The notes beneath the pieces were generated by a model. The model did not search any database, was not told the origin of the DNA, and worked only from the letters and a program-made list of their open reading frames with translations. The position numbers and the translations under genes are program-made. Shown here piece after piece: positions 1 to 13,217 of a DNA stretch of 64,000 nt. Location of the stretch: positions 6,448,001 to 6,512,000 of the forward strand of contig JBHGNT010000005.1 in NCBI GenBank assembly GCA_043228905.1, given 5' to 3'. The stretch's first letter is position 1. Every line of letters starts with the position of its first letter. The stretch comes from Azolla caroliniana. Taxonomy: Eukaryota; Plantae; Polypodiophyta.

Positions 1-12
1 GCTCCTTCCGCA

Positions 13-1395
13 TCAGAATGCCGATCTCCTCGTGTCGCATCCGTCCTCGGCCTCCTCACAGGTCGTTTCCCATCCGTCTTCGTTGGCATCGTGCCAGGAC
101 TCCTCAGTACCACCATCCATCTCCTCGGTCATACATGGGCATACGGGCCCCAAAGCCGAGTTCTCCGGAATCGGGTCCGTGGGCTTTCGTCCGCTCCTTC
201 CCCATATCGTCTCGCCGGTGATTCTTGGTCTTTCGTCGCCGCCTTCCTCTGCTTGGGACTCACGTGGGCACTCGAACCCGACTGCCATCGTCTCGGGAGC
301 AAGTATGGGAAGACACAAAGAATCGCCAGTCCGTTTTACGCCCTTGTCCATAGCCACCGACTCTTCGTGGTCGGCGGTCTTCTTCTTACCGATCGCGCAA
401 GCCCCGCCTGGGCTTGTTTTTCCGATTCCCGGGGTTTCGGGCTGACACGCCCGAAACCGCTAGTCCCAATTATCTGGTCCCGCAATCTGTATCTCGGCCT
501 CGTCCTTGGCCGTTCTATCTCCGCAAGTCGAGAGGGTGTTTTGTTCCGCACCCTCTCCCGTCATACCGTCATACCGATCTTTCGCCGTCGCGTGGGGCAA
601 ATCCGTCTCCTCAGTCTCGGCTTGTGGCCTCGATCTTTCCTCTTCCTCGAGCATCGCCTCGAGAGCTGCGTACGCCTTCGCAATCCTGGCCCCAACGCCG
701 ACCCTTGCCAACTCCCTTTGCCATTCAACCTCTTCCCGTTGTGATGGCACGTCGTCGCACGCCTTCCTCTTAGCCTTCTCGGCTCGCTCATCGTCTAGCC
801 GTTGGCACACCCTTCTGACCTTCGACCAGTCCTCCGTAAGCCCATTCGCTCCGTCATCGTCTTCGAGCTCAATCCCGATGGCTTCCCGTTCCGCTCGGTC
901 GATCGACCTGACGAACAAAAGGACTTTGTCCGCCCCCACCAAACCTTGTTCCCGCACCAAGAGCCGAGCAAGCCGTCGCTCGAACTCTCGGAACGCCTTC
1001 GTTGCACCCCAGTGGGTCTTTGCCGTTGCTACCCACTCGTCGAAGTCGTGTCGTCCCCGGCTCTTCCGCCGTCCTCCGTATGCCTTCAAGAGTGCCTCTT
1101 CGAAGGCCTCCCATGAACTATGAGCCTCACGGAGCTCCTTTACTTCCGCATGCATCCGGACAGCTACGACCCGACAGAAGAACTCCAGCCTCAACGCCTC
1201 ATCTACGCCGCACTCCTCCATTTCCGCGTTGTAGGCTTCCAAGTAAGATGGGACTTTGTCCCTGCTGAAACGGCCGACTCTTTCGACCACTCGCTCAACC
1301 ACTTGTTGCGCTACTTCTCGCCTCATCATCACTCGTGCCGACTCCAACACCACTTCGGCCACCATCACTGAGAGGTCGTCGTCTTCCGACTCCAT
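13..1395 (-). pseudogene. Gag-like ORF of the gypsy element with one internal stop (460-462)
   Basis: ORF 460..1395 (VGRFSRDKVPSYLEAYNAEM...SWEAFEEAL) starts just after the PBS. The same frame continues through ORF 13..357. No protease or RT is seen. Confidence 0.65.
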
Positions 1396-1410
1396 CCTCC
1401 CTTGCCGCCT

Positions 1411-1428
1411 TTCACGTCGGGTTCACCA
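1411..1428 (-). promoter_or_regulatory. Primer-binding site complementary to the 3' end of plant cytosolic tRNA-Trp
   Basis: Minus strand reads TGGTGAACCCGACGTGAA. Plus strand TTCACGTCGGGTTCACCA matches the 3'-terminal 18 nt of plant tRNA-Trp(CCA) including CCA, as recalled. Confidence 0.85.
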
Positions 1429-1432
1429 AAGA

Positions 1433-2214
1433 TGTCGCGTTGTTACGCGCGTGCGTGGAGAAAGGCGGGACCACGGGGGTCTTGGACTAGGGAGTGACGG
1501 AGCGTAGGAAGTCGTGCTTCACCGTTTCCGGGGGATCCCATAAGAACACCAGAAACGACCGAAGGGAGAGAGGGAAAGAGAGGGAGCGCGCGCTTAACAC
1601 CGACTCACGCACACGCACGCACGCACACACACATGCCGGCCCGACTCACGCCCTTATGTACAGGAAACGCAGGAAAGGGGAAGCACCCGACGCTAACAGA
1701 GACGCGAATATACACAGACAAACGCAACGTATATATATATACATAAAAGGAAGAATACATTCCTGGCGTCGAGCCGGACCAAGGTAGGTTACAGCAGCCG
1801 TCTGTTGTCAAGCCGCCGTCGGGGAGCTCTCGGCTCGTCGCGCCGAGCGGGGTCTTGCACAGGAGGCCGAGCCAAAGCAAACCCTAAGCAAAACACGAAG
1901 GGGGAAGAAGAAGAAGAAGAAGAAGAAGCGTAACTAACCCTAAATCTAACGGTATACCCTCTAACGCAAAAATGGGCAACCCCTTTCACAAAGGCCGCTC
2001 CCTTCCTTTTATAGAACAAGGAGAGGGACGCGTTACAATGTGGGATAAATCCCGACTTACATGGGATCTTCTGTCCCGACTTGACTACTCTTCGGCGCCA
2101 TAAAGGCGCCCTCGTTATTCACACTAAATGTACAAGGGTGAGCACACACGCTGCACCCCGCCGATGTAGCCAATGTTTCCCGGTTTCCGCCTCTGGCCGA
2201 AATTCTTCACGACA
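1433..2214 (-). repeat. 5' LTR of the gypsy element (782 bp)
   Basis: Minus strand starts TGTCGTGAAG and ends CGCGACA. TATAAAAG box on minus at 2006-2013. PBS follows after a 4-nt spacer. Confidence 0.8.
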
Positions 2215-2215
2215 A

Positions 2216-5200
2216 CGCGGAAGAAAAAGAAATCGTAGTCCCCAAAACTGGGAAAAGTCGGGGACACGGTCAAAGTCAAGGGGGAGGCCTACTTGCTTCT
2301 ATTGCGGCAAGCCGGGACACTTCCAGAAGAACTGTCGGCATTTCCGAAAAGAGAAGGAAACCGACGATACCGATTCGAAGCGGACTCCGGACCGAAACGG
2401 TAAAGACCGGAGGGGGCCGGACCGGAAGGGAACGACGGCAATCGCGGCAACTGAAGAAGAGTTGATGCTCATCACCGAGGAGAGTGAGCTAAACCTTGCA
2501 GGCGACGAGATGACCTGGGTGGTCGACTCCGGAGCATCGTTCCACCTTACCCCGGACCAGAAATGCTTCTCATCCTACTCAGCCGGTGATCACGGCTGTG
2601 TCCGGATGGGGAATGAAGGTACATGCCGAATTATCAGCATAGGAGACGTGTGGCTGGCAACACCAACCGGATGCAAGTTGCTGCTGAAGGATGTCCGACA
2701 CGTTCTGGAGGTTTGTCTGAACCTGATATTAGGCGGTCGGCTAGATGATGAAGGCTACACTGGTAGCATCCAGAACGGTGTTATGAAGTTCAGCAAAGGG
2801 AGCCTGATTGTGGCTTGGGCCCGGAAGGTAAACACATTGTACCTGATGAATGCCCGGTTATGTTTGGAAGAAGTGAACGTGGCATCCGACACTGCCGATG
2901 AGATGTGGCACAAGAGGCTATGTCACATGAGTGAGAAGGGGATGAAGAGGCTTGCAAATGACAACCTCATTCCGGTGAAGAACGTGCACTTGGAGAAGTG
3001 CATTGATTGTCTAGCCGGTAAGCAAAACCGGACCTCCTTTCGAACAAGGCCACCGATGAGACGTAATGCACCACTAGAGTTGGTGCATACTAATGTGTGT
3101 CAAGTGGACACGAAGTCACATACAGGATCGCAGTACTTCGTGACGTTCATAAATGACCACAGCCGGAAGTTGTGGGCCACACCGTTGAAGACGAAGGATC
3201 AGGTGCTATCCGTCTTCAAAGAGCTCCACGCGAGATTGGAAAGAGAAACCGGCCGGAAGCTGAAGGCGGTTCGAGCAGATAACGGAGGTGAATACCGGGG
3301 GCAGTTCGAGGAGTATTGTCACTCGAAGGGAATCCAGCTCGAATTTACCGTGCCGAAGATGCCGGAACTAAACAGGCTGGCCGAGAGGATGAACCGGACC
3401 ATAATGGAGAGGGTCCGGAGTATGCTGGCGCATACAAAACTACCCAAGAAGTTTTGGGTTGAGGCACTGTCAACGGCGACATATGTGATAAACAAATCAC
3501 CCTCAGTACCTTTGGACGGAGACACACCACAGAGAGTATGGACTGGTAAGGAAGTATCTTACCGGCATCTGAAGGTATTCGGGTGTCTTGTGTATGTCTA
3601 TGTAGCTAAGGACCAGAGAGGAAAACTAGATCCGAAGACCCGGCCATGCATATTCCTCGGTTACGGCGACGATGAGTTCGGCTACCGAGTGTGGGACCTG
3701 GTCGACAAGAAGGTATTCCGGAGTCGAGATATTATCTTCATGGAGGAAAAGACGCTTGCCGATTGGGAGTCGGAGAAGAAGATAATGAACTCCGAGTTGA
3801 CCAGTAAGGATCGATTCTACGATGAGCAGACCCAACCGGCAAGAGACCGGTTAGCACTCGAGGAACCAGCCGGTTACGGTGGGGATACCGAACCGGCAGA
3901 AGAAGAAGTAGAGGAAGCTGAAACCGGAACCGGCCAAGACCCCGAATCGGATTCGGATGAAGAGCAAATGGAGGAGCCGGTTACCGAAGCCCAAAGACGG
4001 AGATATCCTCTCAGAGAGAGAAGGGCCCCCCGGAGATTTCCGGATGCAGAGCATGTGCTGCTAACCGATGAGGGAGAGCCGGAAAGCTTCGAAGAAACGA
4101 AGGATGACACCCACAGTCGCAAATGGTTAAGTGCCATGCAGGATGAGATGGATTCCCTGCATGAGAACCATACGTACGAATTGGTGGAGTTGCCGAAAGG
4201 AAAGCGGGCACTCCGAAATAAGTGGGTGTACAAGTTGAAACCGGGAGATGCCGGCAACCCCCCGAGATACAAAGCCAGGATCGTGGTGAAGGGGTTCCAG
4301 CAGAAGAAGGACGTGGACTTCGACGAGATATTTGCCCCAGTAGTTAAGATGACCTCCATCCGAACGGTGCTGGGCATAGCGGCAAGCATGGACCTCGAGG
4401 TAGAGTAGTTGGACGTGAAGACGGTATTCCTTCATGGTGACCTCAAAGAGGAGATCTACATGCAACAACCGGAAGGATTCGTGGAGAAGGGGAAGGAGCA
4501 CCTGGTTTGTCGGTTGAAGAAGAGCCTGTACGGACTAAAGCAGGCTCCCCGACAATGGTACCGGAAGTTCGACTCCTTCATGACCGATCAAGGATACCAC
4601 AAGACGCAGGCCCATCACTGCGTGTTTGTGAAGAAGTTCGAAGGAGGCGACTTCCTAATACTCCTTCTGTACGTGGACGACATGTTGATCGTCGGACGGG
4701 ACCAAGCCAAAATACGGATGCTGAAGAAGGCTCTCAACCGAACCTTCGTGATGAAAGACTTGGGTCCGGCAAGACAGATGTTGGGGATGCATATCATCCG
4801 GAACCGGCCAACGAAGTAACTGTGGTTGTCACAGGAGACATACGTGACAAAGGTGCTTCAGCGGTTCAACATGTCAGATGCGAAACCGGTCGGATCGACA
4901 CTTCCGGCAAACTGCAGGTTATCCGGTAAGTAAAGCCCGAAGACGAAAGCAGAGAAGGTTGATATGATGAAGGCTCCATATGCCTCTGCCATTGGGAGCT
5001 TAATGTACGCAATGGTGTGTACCCGACCGGATATAGGATACGCAGTCGGAGTGGTGAGCCGGTTTATGAGCAATCCCGGCAAGGAGCACTAGAACGCAGT
5101 CAAATGGATACTCCGGTATTTGAAGGGCACTTCGAACATGTGTCTCTGATTCGGCTCCGGTAAACCTCAACTTGACGGTTTTACCGATTCGGATATGTCG

Positions 5201-5647
5201 GCTGATGTGGATACCAGCCGGTCTACATCCAGGTATGTAGTGACATATGCAGGGGGAGCTGTTTCGTGGCAGTCGAGGCTGCAGAAGACGGTTGCGTTGT
5301 CAACCACGGAGGCGGAGTACATGGCAGTTGTGGAAGCTGGCAAGGAAATATTATGGATGAAGGACTTCATCGGAGAGCTCGGTATCCGGCAAGATGAATA
5401 TTGGCTCTATTGCGACAGTCAAAGTGCCATCCACCTTGCTAAGAATGCGGCCTACCATTCCTGAACGAAGCATATCCAGCGAAGGTATCATTGGATCTGG
5501 GAAAGAGTAGATGACCAGGAGTTCGCGCTGACGAAGATCCACACGGCCGAGAACGGGTCAGATATGCTGACCAAAGTACTGATACCCGACAAGCTGGATG
5601 CATGCTGGAAGCGGATCGGACTAGTAAGACATCCCATGCCGGAGTGA
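2216..5647 (+). pseudogene. Copia gag-pol polyprotein in one frame with six in-frame stops
   Basis: Motifs: [85 protein letters not shown]. Stops at 4406, 4817, 4931, 5090, 5147, 5462; terminal TGA 5645-5647. The first ~44 codons of ORF 2081..4408 are gypsy LTR read-through. Confidence 0.93.
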
Positions 5648-5657
5648 AGGGGGAGTT

Positions 5658-6227
5658 TGTTAGGAAACAGGTCCCTCCGGATGGGAAGTGAGAAGAATAG
5701 TACTGATGAGTTGGCCGAGGCCGAAACCGAATGTGGACTGCCCGGCTACAGAAGACCCGGTGAGAACCGGATGACAAGTACCCGGCAACGGAAGACCCGG
5801 TGAGAACCGGATGACGAGTACCCCGCAAGACCCGGATGGTGAAGACCCGGTGAGAACCGGATGTGGTGTACCCGGCAAGCACCGGATGAGGAGTACCCGG
5901 CAAGAGCTGGATGATGAAGGCCTGGTGAGAAGTGCTCACTGGATGAAGGGACATATTCGTAAATATTTTTTCTGAGAGTCCATCGGGGCTATATTTGTAA
6001 ATAGCCGAAAAGTCATATTAGTATAAATATGACTTAGGACAAACTTAGAGGTAGTTGTTGTCATTTCTTGTTGGCGCAAGATTAGAGCGTGCAACTGTGT
6101 ACAGAGATAGTGAGAGAGAGGAAGAGGTCGTTGCCTCTGATTGTAACCGCCACCTGTGGCGAAGATAGTAAGCTCGAGGCTCGGTTGTGGCCGAGCGTTG
6201 TTCATCGGGAGCGTGTAGTTCCTGACA
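5658..6227 (+). repeat. 3' LTR of the Tnt1-like copia (570 bp) with ~40-bp tandem U3 repeats
   Basis: Follows the PPT with TG...CA ends. GAAGACCCGGTGAGAACCGGATG is repeated at 5751-5862. TATA ~6022. Both ends are homologous to the solo LTR at 59258-59873. Confidence 0.85.
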
Positions 6228-6541
6228 CTTTTATGGGGGAGTTTGTTGGCATAAAAGACCAACTCCTTACACTTTGTATCCTAGTATGTGAACACGTCCA
6301 AATAGTTAGGGCTTAGTATATAAGCAATAACCTAACGTTGTAACTAGTGACTCTTGTATCTTGAACCTCTGAGTGTAGAGTTCTAGAGAGAGAACGAAAT
6401 AACAGAGTTTCCATTAAAGTCGAAGAGCGTGTCCATCTTCTATTCATCTTCTTGTCTTCTTTCTTTCTATGTTGTTTGTTGAGTATAGCTCGACATGTCC
6501 TCATACATACTTCCACACATATTCGAACACCATATCTAACA
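6228..6541 (+). mobile_element. PPT and 3' LTR (6244-6541) of an older copia-type element that hosts the Tnt1-like insertion
   Basis: Second PPT GGGGGAG, then TT, then TGTTGG at 6244. TATA (GTATATAAG) ~6316. Ends CTAACA at 6541, where LINE coding sequence begins abruptly. Confidence 0.65.
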
Positions 6542-7375
6542 TAAGGGACGTGGGGTAAAGGGCCAAGGCCCCAATGTAGACCCTAGATGTACTGCATGTG
6601 GACAGTTCGAAAGCATTTCCCATTGTCTATGGGAATGTCACGAAGCATCAGCTATATGGGGAAGGGCATTATGTTTCCTATGCCATGCCTCTAGCTTGTT
6701 CACCCTCAACTGGGGACATGCTTGCTAGAACTTTCTTGAGGATGATGTCGCGAAATATGATAGCACATGCACAACAATGTAGAGAGGGGAGAATGGAACT
6801 ATTCGGCTGATCACTGACAATAGGGTACTTGTAGTTATTGCGTAGAAGCAAAAATTTAGAGATCTATGGATGTTGCTTGCACCCATTACCATATGGTGCA
6901 TATGGACGGCAAGGTGTACCATGGTATTTTTAACAAACAAACGCCCTCCAGCTGAAACGATTAAGCTAATATGGCACACACTAATAACTACATTGAGAGC
7001 ACAATATGAGCGGATTGATGGAACTGATGATGCTTCGGAACTAATGAGGTTGAATTTCAGAAAACATTGGTGTACTACACCAATGGCTACAACAATTGGA
7101 ATGGATATACGATGGCAGTATGTAGTACCCAAATGGTTGTTCCCCCCTCCCATTAGTTGAAAGAGGAGCATGGACGAGATGACATGTGGGATATTGAATG
7201 CAGGTGATGTGTATGAAAGAGTGGTTAGAGACACATGTGAAAGTGTAAGATAAATAAGTGAGATTGCTCATGAATGATAGGATCATTTAGGCAAGGACTA
7301 CCTGATAAAGGGATCTAAGTTGTGTACATTTTAACTAATGGAGTATATGTATTCTTTTTTGGAAGAAAAAAAAAC
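6542..7375 (+). mobile_element. LINE (L1/Tx1-like) ORF2 3' end with zf-RVT and A-rich tail, decayed
   Basis: PRCTACGQFESISHCLWECHEASAIW (zf-RVT CCHC) at ~6580-6660. ITIWCIWTARC...WQYVVPKWLF in ORF 6870..7160. A-run at 7366-7374. Confidence 0.8.
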
Positions 7376-10300
7376 AATAGCAAAGGAGAACAATGAGGAG
7401 ATAAAAGAGCAAAACCAAACTTTTCAATGCAAAAGTAAGCTAGAAGTACATAGGTGAAACTTTATGTGGAAGCTCTAGTTGTGAAAGGGTAGAAAGGGGT
7501 CTAGTATGACTGATAAGCCCATCTTTTTTTCCCTTGCTCACTTTCAAATATTTTGTGTCAAGAAACTTCAACAAAGGCTAGAATCTTGCACTTACATGTC
7601 TTGGGACGTAACCCCCATTCATTATTTCTAATATGGAGTAGTTTTCGAAGAAAACAAATGTATTGTTTCATCCTTCTTATTTATTGTTTCTAATACTAAC
7701 TAGTAAGTACCTTCCCAAGAAAGAAACACGACATATTTGAACTTGAGATTTAATACGTATCTATTTTGAACTCAGTATCACCGCAAGTTTAAATGCACCA
7801 ATGGATAACATTGCACTTTTATTGACCCCCAATTCATTTAGAACACCTCAAATTTAAAATCCTCAATGAATATACATAATGAAATCCTCATAAACGAATG
7901 ATAGCAAACTTGGGTTAACATAGACTATTAAAGAGGTTGTGTGTGTGTGGGTGCACGTACATGCGTGAGAGAAAGAGATATGTGCGTACATATGTAAGTA
8001 CATACGTATATTTGTGTGTGCATGTGTCTACAAATGTGCCTCTCCAATTTTGTATCCAAAATTTGACGAAAGTAAATTAACTTCTCATAAAGTAATGTCG
8101 GAATGTCACATATATCACATACAATTTCAAATTCCTCATTGAGCAATATGATTAGATGTGCTACTGAAGTTTGATGAATGTTTTGCATGTCAAACACCAT
8201 TTTGGTTGTCAAAACATATAATGGGAAATTTCCATGCTGAATGATATGTTGGGTTGTATAGAACTTGTCCCTATGATATCCCAATACTATATTTTATTTA
8301 CATTAGACATGTAGCATATCAAAAGTTATCGTTGGTATTTAGGACTGTGAATGTATATTAGAGTTTGTAATACAAAATAATTTGAAAACCTTTTGATTAT
8401 GAGATGATGTTATAACTTATGAGTTGCCTCAATTTTTTTTTACCTTTTAATGAAAAAAACGACAATTTATCCATATAGCATAATAAATTGAAAGCCATCA
8501 ACTTCCAAGAATATTAGTGTTTGTTTATGAAATATGAAATTCTGGAAATCCTCTTGAAAGGCTAGTGAGTGCATATAGAAGAAAATGCTAGTCAAGTCAA
8601 TAGAAATATATGAAGGCTCCAAATACAAGTAATGGTTTCATTTAAATGATATATGATGGATGCGCAATGAGGGAGACAGGTGACTATAAGAAGAGGTCAT
8701 GACTCATGGCTTTTCATATGTTCATTTCTTTACATTTTCTTGGAAAACCAAGCATGCATGGTAATCATGAGGATGCATAATATTTTTATACGTTGTAGAG
8801 TACTATGTGGTAAATGTTCAATCCATGTACATTTGTCTTGGAAATAGGAAAGAGAGCACTTTCCCGCTGAATAGCATTAACTGAAAACAAGAATGGCTAA
8901 TAACCACAAACGTATGGACCAAGTTGCTCTCGTGGTGGTGTTATAAAACTTATATGGGAGGAAGATTTTAGACCTTGTTTTTCATATTATTTCATATTAT
9001 ATGTGTGAAGGTGACGCCGAGTTGTAAATTTCATTGAATTGAAATTTCTAGCTATATTAATATATATGCCCAAAACATTGGTAAATTCTCTTATGGTGAA
9101 TCATGAGAACTATAGTTTGAAACTAATGAAACACTAGGCAATATAACCTACATGATGCAAAAAAAAACCACAAAAGTGTTTGCGGGACGCAACATTTGAG
9201 GTGCCATTTTGTGGGTTCGATGGTCGAGACTCGAGAGACAAATACAAAGGTCACATGCACAAGATAAATGCGATGGGTAGGTTTTCCAAGAAAAAGGTGT
9301 TCCAAGTACAACAAATATAAATGAAAATACTATGTCATGAAAATCGAATTGCGGACATGTTTAGTCACATATTCACTACTTTTGAGCTTGGAATAAACAT
9401 TTGCATCGACAAATATTCATGAATGAGCACGTAACAATATGTATGTGTGTAACCTCTACAATGTCAAAAACACACATTATCTCGGAATGGGTGATCTCTT
9501 AACATGTCAAATCCCCATATATTTTGTAGTATGTTATCTCGAGATTCTTATTTAGATAAGAAAGCAAATCTAAAACATGATAATTCGTAGGATTCTACTC
9601 TTTAATGCGAAGTACTCAATCGTCATATCAATTCAGGCCAAGGAAATTAAACTTGTGATGAAGTGTAACTAAGTAATGATAAAATTTTAATAAGGAGATT
9701 ATTGTTATGGGAATATAACACCTAGAGAGAGTACGTACATGCATAATATATGATTCTAGTTTGACAGGTACATACATTATCATGTTGAGCCCAGTTCCAT
9801 TTATAGTTTGCTACGCAAATCAATAACTATATCTACATCATGTTGATCCATAAGTGCCTAGTTATTTATGCTTGAGTACAAAATCGACACACTAATTAGA
9901 GTCTTCTAATTCTAGAAACGAGAAGAATATTTTACCCAATATGACATTTCAATAAGAGTCGATCATCATTGAAAATGTGTTACAAACACTATTTAGCTCC
10001 TCGTAAATGAGAACCAAACCTATTGTGAAGGTACGATCATATTAGATAACATGGTCAAACTCTAGAAAGATAAGTACTATAATGATGGAGAGAGAAAGAT
10101 GTATTATGAAGAGCATTATGGTGGATATGATTAGTCATATGATGCCATGTATAGTAAGTATCTTCTAAGAATTTCCGTTGCATGTGCATTAGGAACATGC
10201 TCTACATCCAAACAATCAATCTCTCTCACAAAGCCTTTCATTCATCTTTTTGACCTGTGCAAAGTTTGCTTTTGCTTTTTATGCATAAGGGTTCAATAGT

Positions 10301-12876
10301 TGTCTCTTCCATTGATCAAATGTCATCAGTAAGCAAAAAGTAGACATGTTGAAGCTCCTTTACGCTTGCCTTGTCTAATGTCTATGCTAGAAATAGAGAG
10401 AATCTCTTTTGGAGTTGCCTTAAAAAGTTCATTAAGAGGGGGAGGGGGGAAGGGTGCATGTTTACTTGATACTACATGAAAGTTTTTTTATCTTTTTGTA
10501 AGTGAGAAGTGCACTCATGTCAATAAGAAAAAGAATCTATATACGACACTCCATTCAAGTTGTCTGTCCAAAAGTGTCACATGAATTGTGTCTATGGATT
10601 GATACGTGAGTTCAAACTTGAATTACCCCTACAACATGTATAGCATTTACTACTTGCAAAAAGTGGATAGGAAATCAAGGTTGCTTTGTAATGTGCCATA
10701 GACAAATTTTCTTTTAGTAGGATCTAAGATGAGACAAATCATCTAACAAATACCCCTATTTAAGGGTGATTTTAAAAACTAGACTATAGAACAATCATTT
10801 TAAAAATATATTTTCAAGTGGAATGTTGTCTTCTGCCACTAGCATATTTATGTCCACAAAGACTACAATTTTTATCCTCTGCCAAAACAGTGTAGCCTCT
10901 CTCATACCTCTTTACCTTTTTAAACTTTCCCACACCGCTCACCATATTAACAATTAAGCAAAACCAAAAGTGACATCTCCTCAACTTGGAAAGGTTTTCT
11001 GTGGAGGGCACTCATAAACACACAATGGTGGGGTTGGAGGTAGAAAGAAGAAGAAGGAGAAAATTTAGCATGTCATTTGCTTGGTTACAACGAGTATATA
11101 AAAGTGTTTCATTCTTACATATTTTGTTTATGTGTGTGTCTTATGTAATGTGAATATAGCCTAATTGCATGGAATATATTTACACATAAGCATCATAAAT
11201 GTACTAATGGACAGAGGAGATTACCGGGGGGGGGGGGGGGGGGGGGCGGCTCAAGTTTCTCCCAAAAAGTAGTTAGAAAAACCATTGTCCAAAGAATATG
11301 AAAGAAAAGTTGGTGAGGAAAAGTGTACCACGTGAAATGACAGACCTTTGACTGTTGCATCCTTTAGTAACCCTTTGGCTCGTAGAAACCATTGTAAAGC
11401 CAAAATTTAGGAGGAAAACATATGCTACAATAGAGCTCAAAGTCAAAATATGAATGTTTTTTTTCTCGTCAATGTAATGTTAGAGCCTGTGCTTTTAGAC
11501 TTCAACCCATTACATCCTCAAGGTTGGTTATAAAGCACAGAACCACTAAGCAATCACATTTATATATTATATTTGTTATCCAATTGATGATGGAGTTATA
11601 AATGCAATGCTTTCAAATTTTGATTTAGTGTTTAACATCTCATTCATGAGGAGCGAATCAAAATGCCACACAACTCTAGTTAAATGAGTGCCATGTGTTT
11701 ATCTTCGGTTCAACATGCCTTTAAAGGCATTTTCTCAAGTCTTTGTGTTCACACCGGAACTGTTTGATGGAAAAAATAAAAAATGTCATATATAAATAAA
11801 TAAAGCTATAATTAAATTTAAAACATGTCTCCTTGCTAATGGCATGCCATGATTGGTTATTTGCAAGTGTACATGAAAAGGGGTGAACTTGCAACAACGA
11901 TATTAGTTTGTAAGCTTGGTTCTATAACATGCACGCGCAAACTTTGTATTTCACTTCGTGAGCATTATCCATGATTCCATGGTGTATGACATGCGTGTAA
12001 GTTGTAACCATTTCAATGTTTCTTGTTGGTTGCTAGAAGATAAAAAAATTGTTGACTCCTAATGGCAAAGTAATGAAAGGGGATTTACTAGTTCTTGTCG
12101 TAAAGAAAATGATGGATTTTTTCATTAATTTGTTGAACGACATTAAAAAAATAAACAACGTGCTTCAATCTTGATGTTGTTCGATAATTTTTCCCTATTC
12201 AATGTACATGCATGAATTCTAATGCAAATCTCTCTTATGGAATTTGATTGGCAATTTAAAGATTTTGGTTTTGGGGGAGGGGAGAAGGGGGAGAAAGAGA
12301 TGGTCGGGGTATTAATTATCTGAGTGAATAAATAATCAAGTTTGCTAATTATGCAAGCTCTTGATATTGTTTTCTTAATGTGAAAAAAGAAAATCCAACC
12401 ACCCCGTCGATTGAGAGGCAAATTTCCTAGTGGTTTCATATCGAAACCAGTGTTCCGATTCAAAATTAAAAAATGTATGTTTGAGTCGAGAGAAATTTTT
12501 TCCCACAAATATTTCTCCTCACAACATCAACATGGTCGATCGACTCCAAACAATCGAACCGTATGTTCAAAGAGAATACACGCAGGCAAAAGCTGATCCA
12601 AGTGCTCTTTTGTGAGCATAGATGTGGATTGAATCCTTTTGACATTCATTTGGGGGGTGTGAAGTTTGAATGTGGGATTCAATAAAGCGAATTGGGTCAT
12701 CCTAGCTCCCTGATTGGTTGGCGTCCTCTCCATCATTCGAGTCCTTTTTAATGGACTTTTGTATTTTTGTTGGGCCAATTTAATACACTTGGGGGCCTAC
12801 ACGATGCTCGGTGTGTTTCCAAGAAAGGACTATAAGAAGAGAGTAAAGGATGCATGCTTCCAAGAGTCACATACAA

Positions 12877-12909
<33 letters not shown>

Positions 12910-13139
12910 ATATACTCCTTTCTTTCGTTTCGTTCTTTTTTGTGTGTTGCAGGGGGGGGGGGGGGGGGGGGGGGGGGCTTATTTATAACTTGGGGAAAGC
13001 CTTATTAAGGTAGTTTACTTTGGTCAAGCCATTTTTGCTTGATAGAGAAAGGCAAAGGTGGATGATGAAAACAAGGATAAGAACTATGATTGACTTCTTA
13101 AGTAAGTGGTGTCTGTATTGGGAGAGATGACATGTGTGG

Positions 13140-13167
13140 ATAGTGAGAGAGAGAGATAGTGTGTGTG

Positions 13168-13217
<50 letters not shown>

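Larger units (their letters stand above)
1..2214 (-). mobile_element. Ty3/gypsy-type LTR retrotransposon, 5' part (5' LTR, tRNA-Trp PBS, gag-like ORF); runs off the left edge; inserted in the gag of the copia element
   Basis: LTR 1433-2214 is bounded by TGTCG...CGACA inverted termini. PBS at 1411-1428, gag-like ORF from 1395 downward. Copia gag resumes at 2215. Confidence 0.85.
2215..6227 (+). mobile_element. Ty1/copia LTR retrotransposon (Tnt1/Tork-like): 3' part of gag, pol, PPT and 3' LTR
   Basis: Domain order is zinc knuckle, protease, integrase, RT, RNase H. PPT GAAGGGGGAG at 5646-5655, then LTR TGTTAGG...CCTGACA at 5658-6227. Confidence 0.95.

Noticed and set aside
2081-2214. N-terminus of the 775-aa ORF as a genuine polyprotein start
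   Set aside because: These codons are the antisense of the inserted gypsy LTR; the ORF is a chance chimera.
11226-12977. Poly-G runs (~11226-11246, 12952-12977) as functional G-quadruplexes
   Set aside because: Simple homopolymers in a microsatellite-rich genome with no supporting context.
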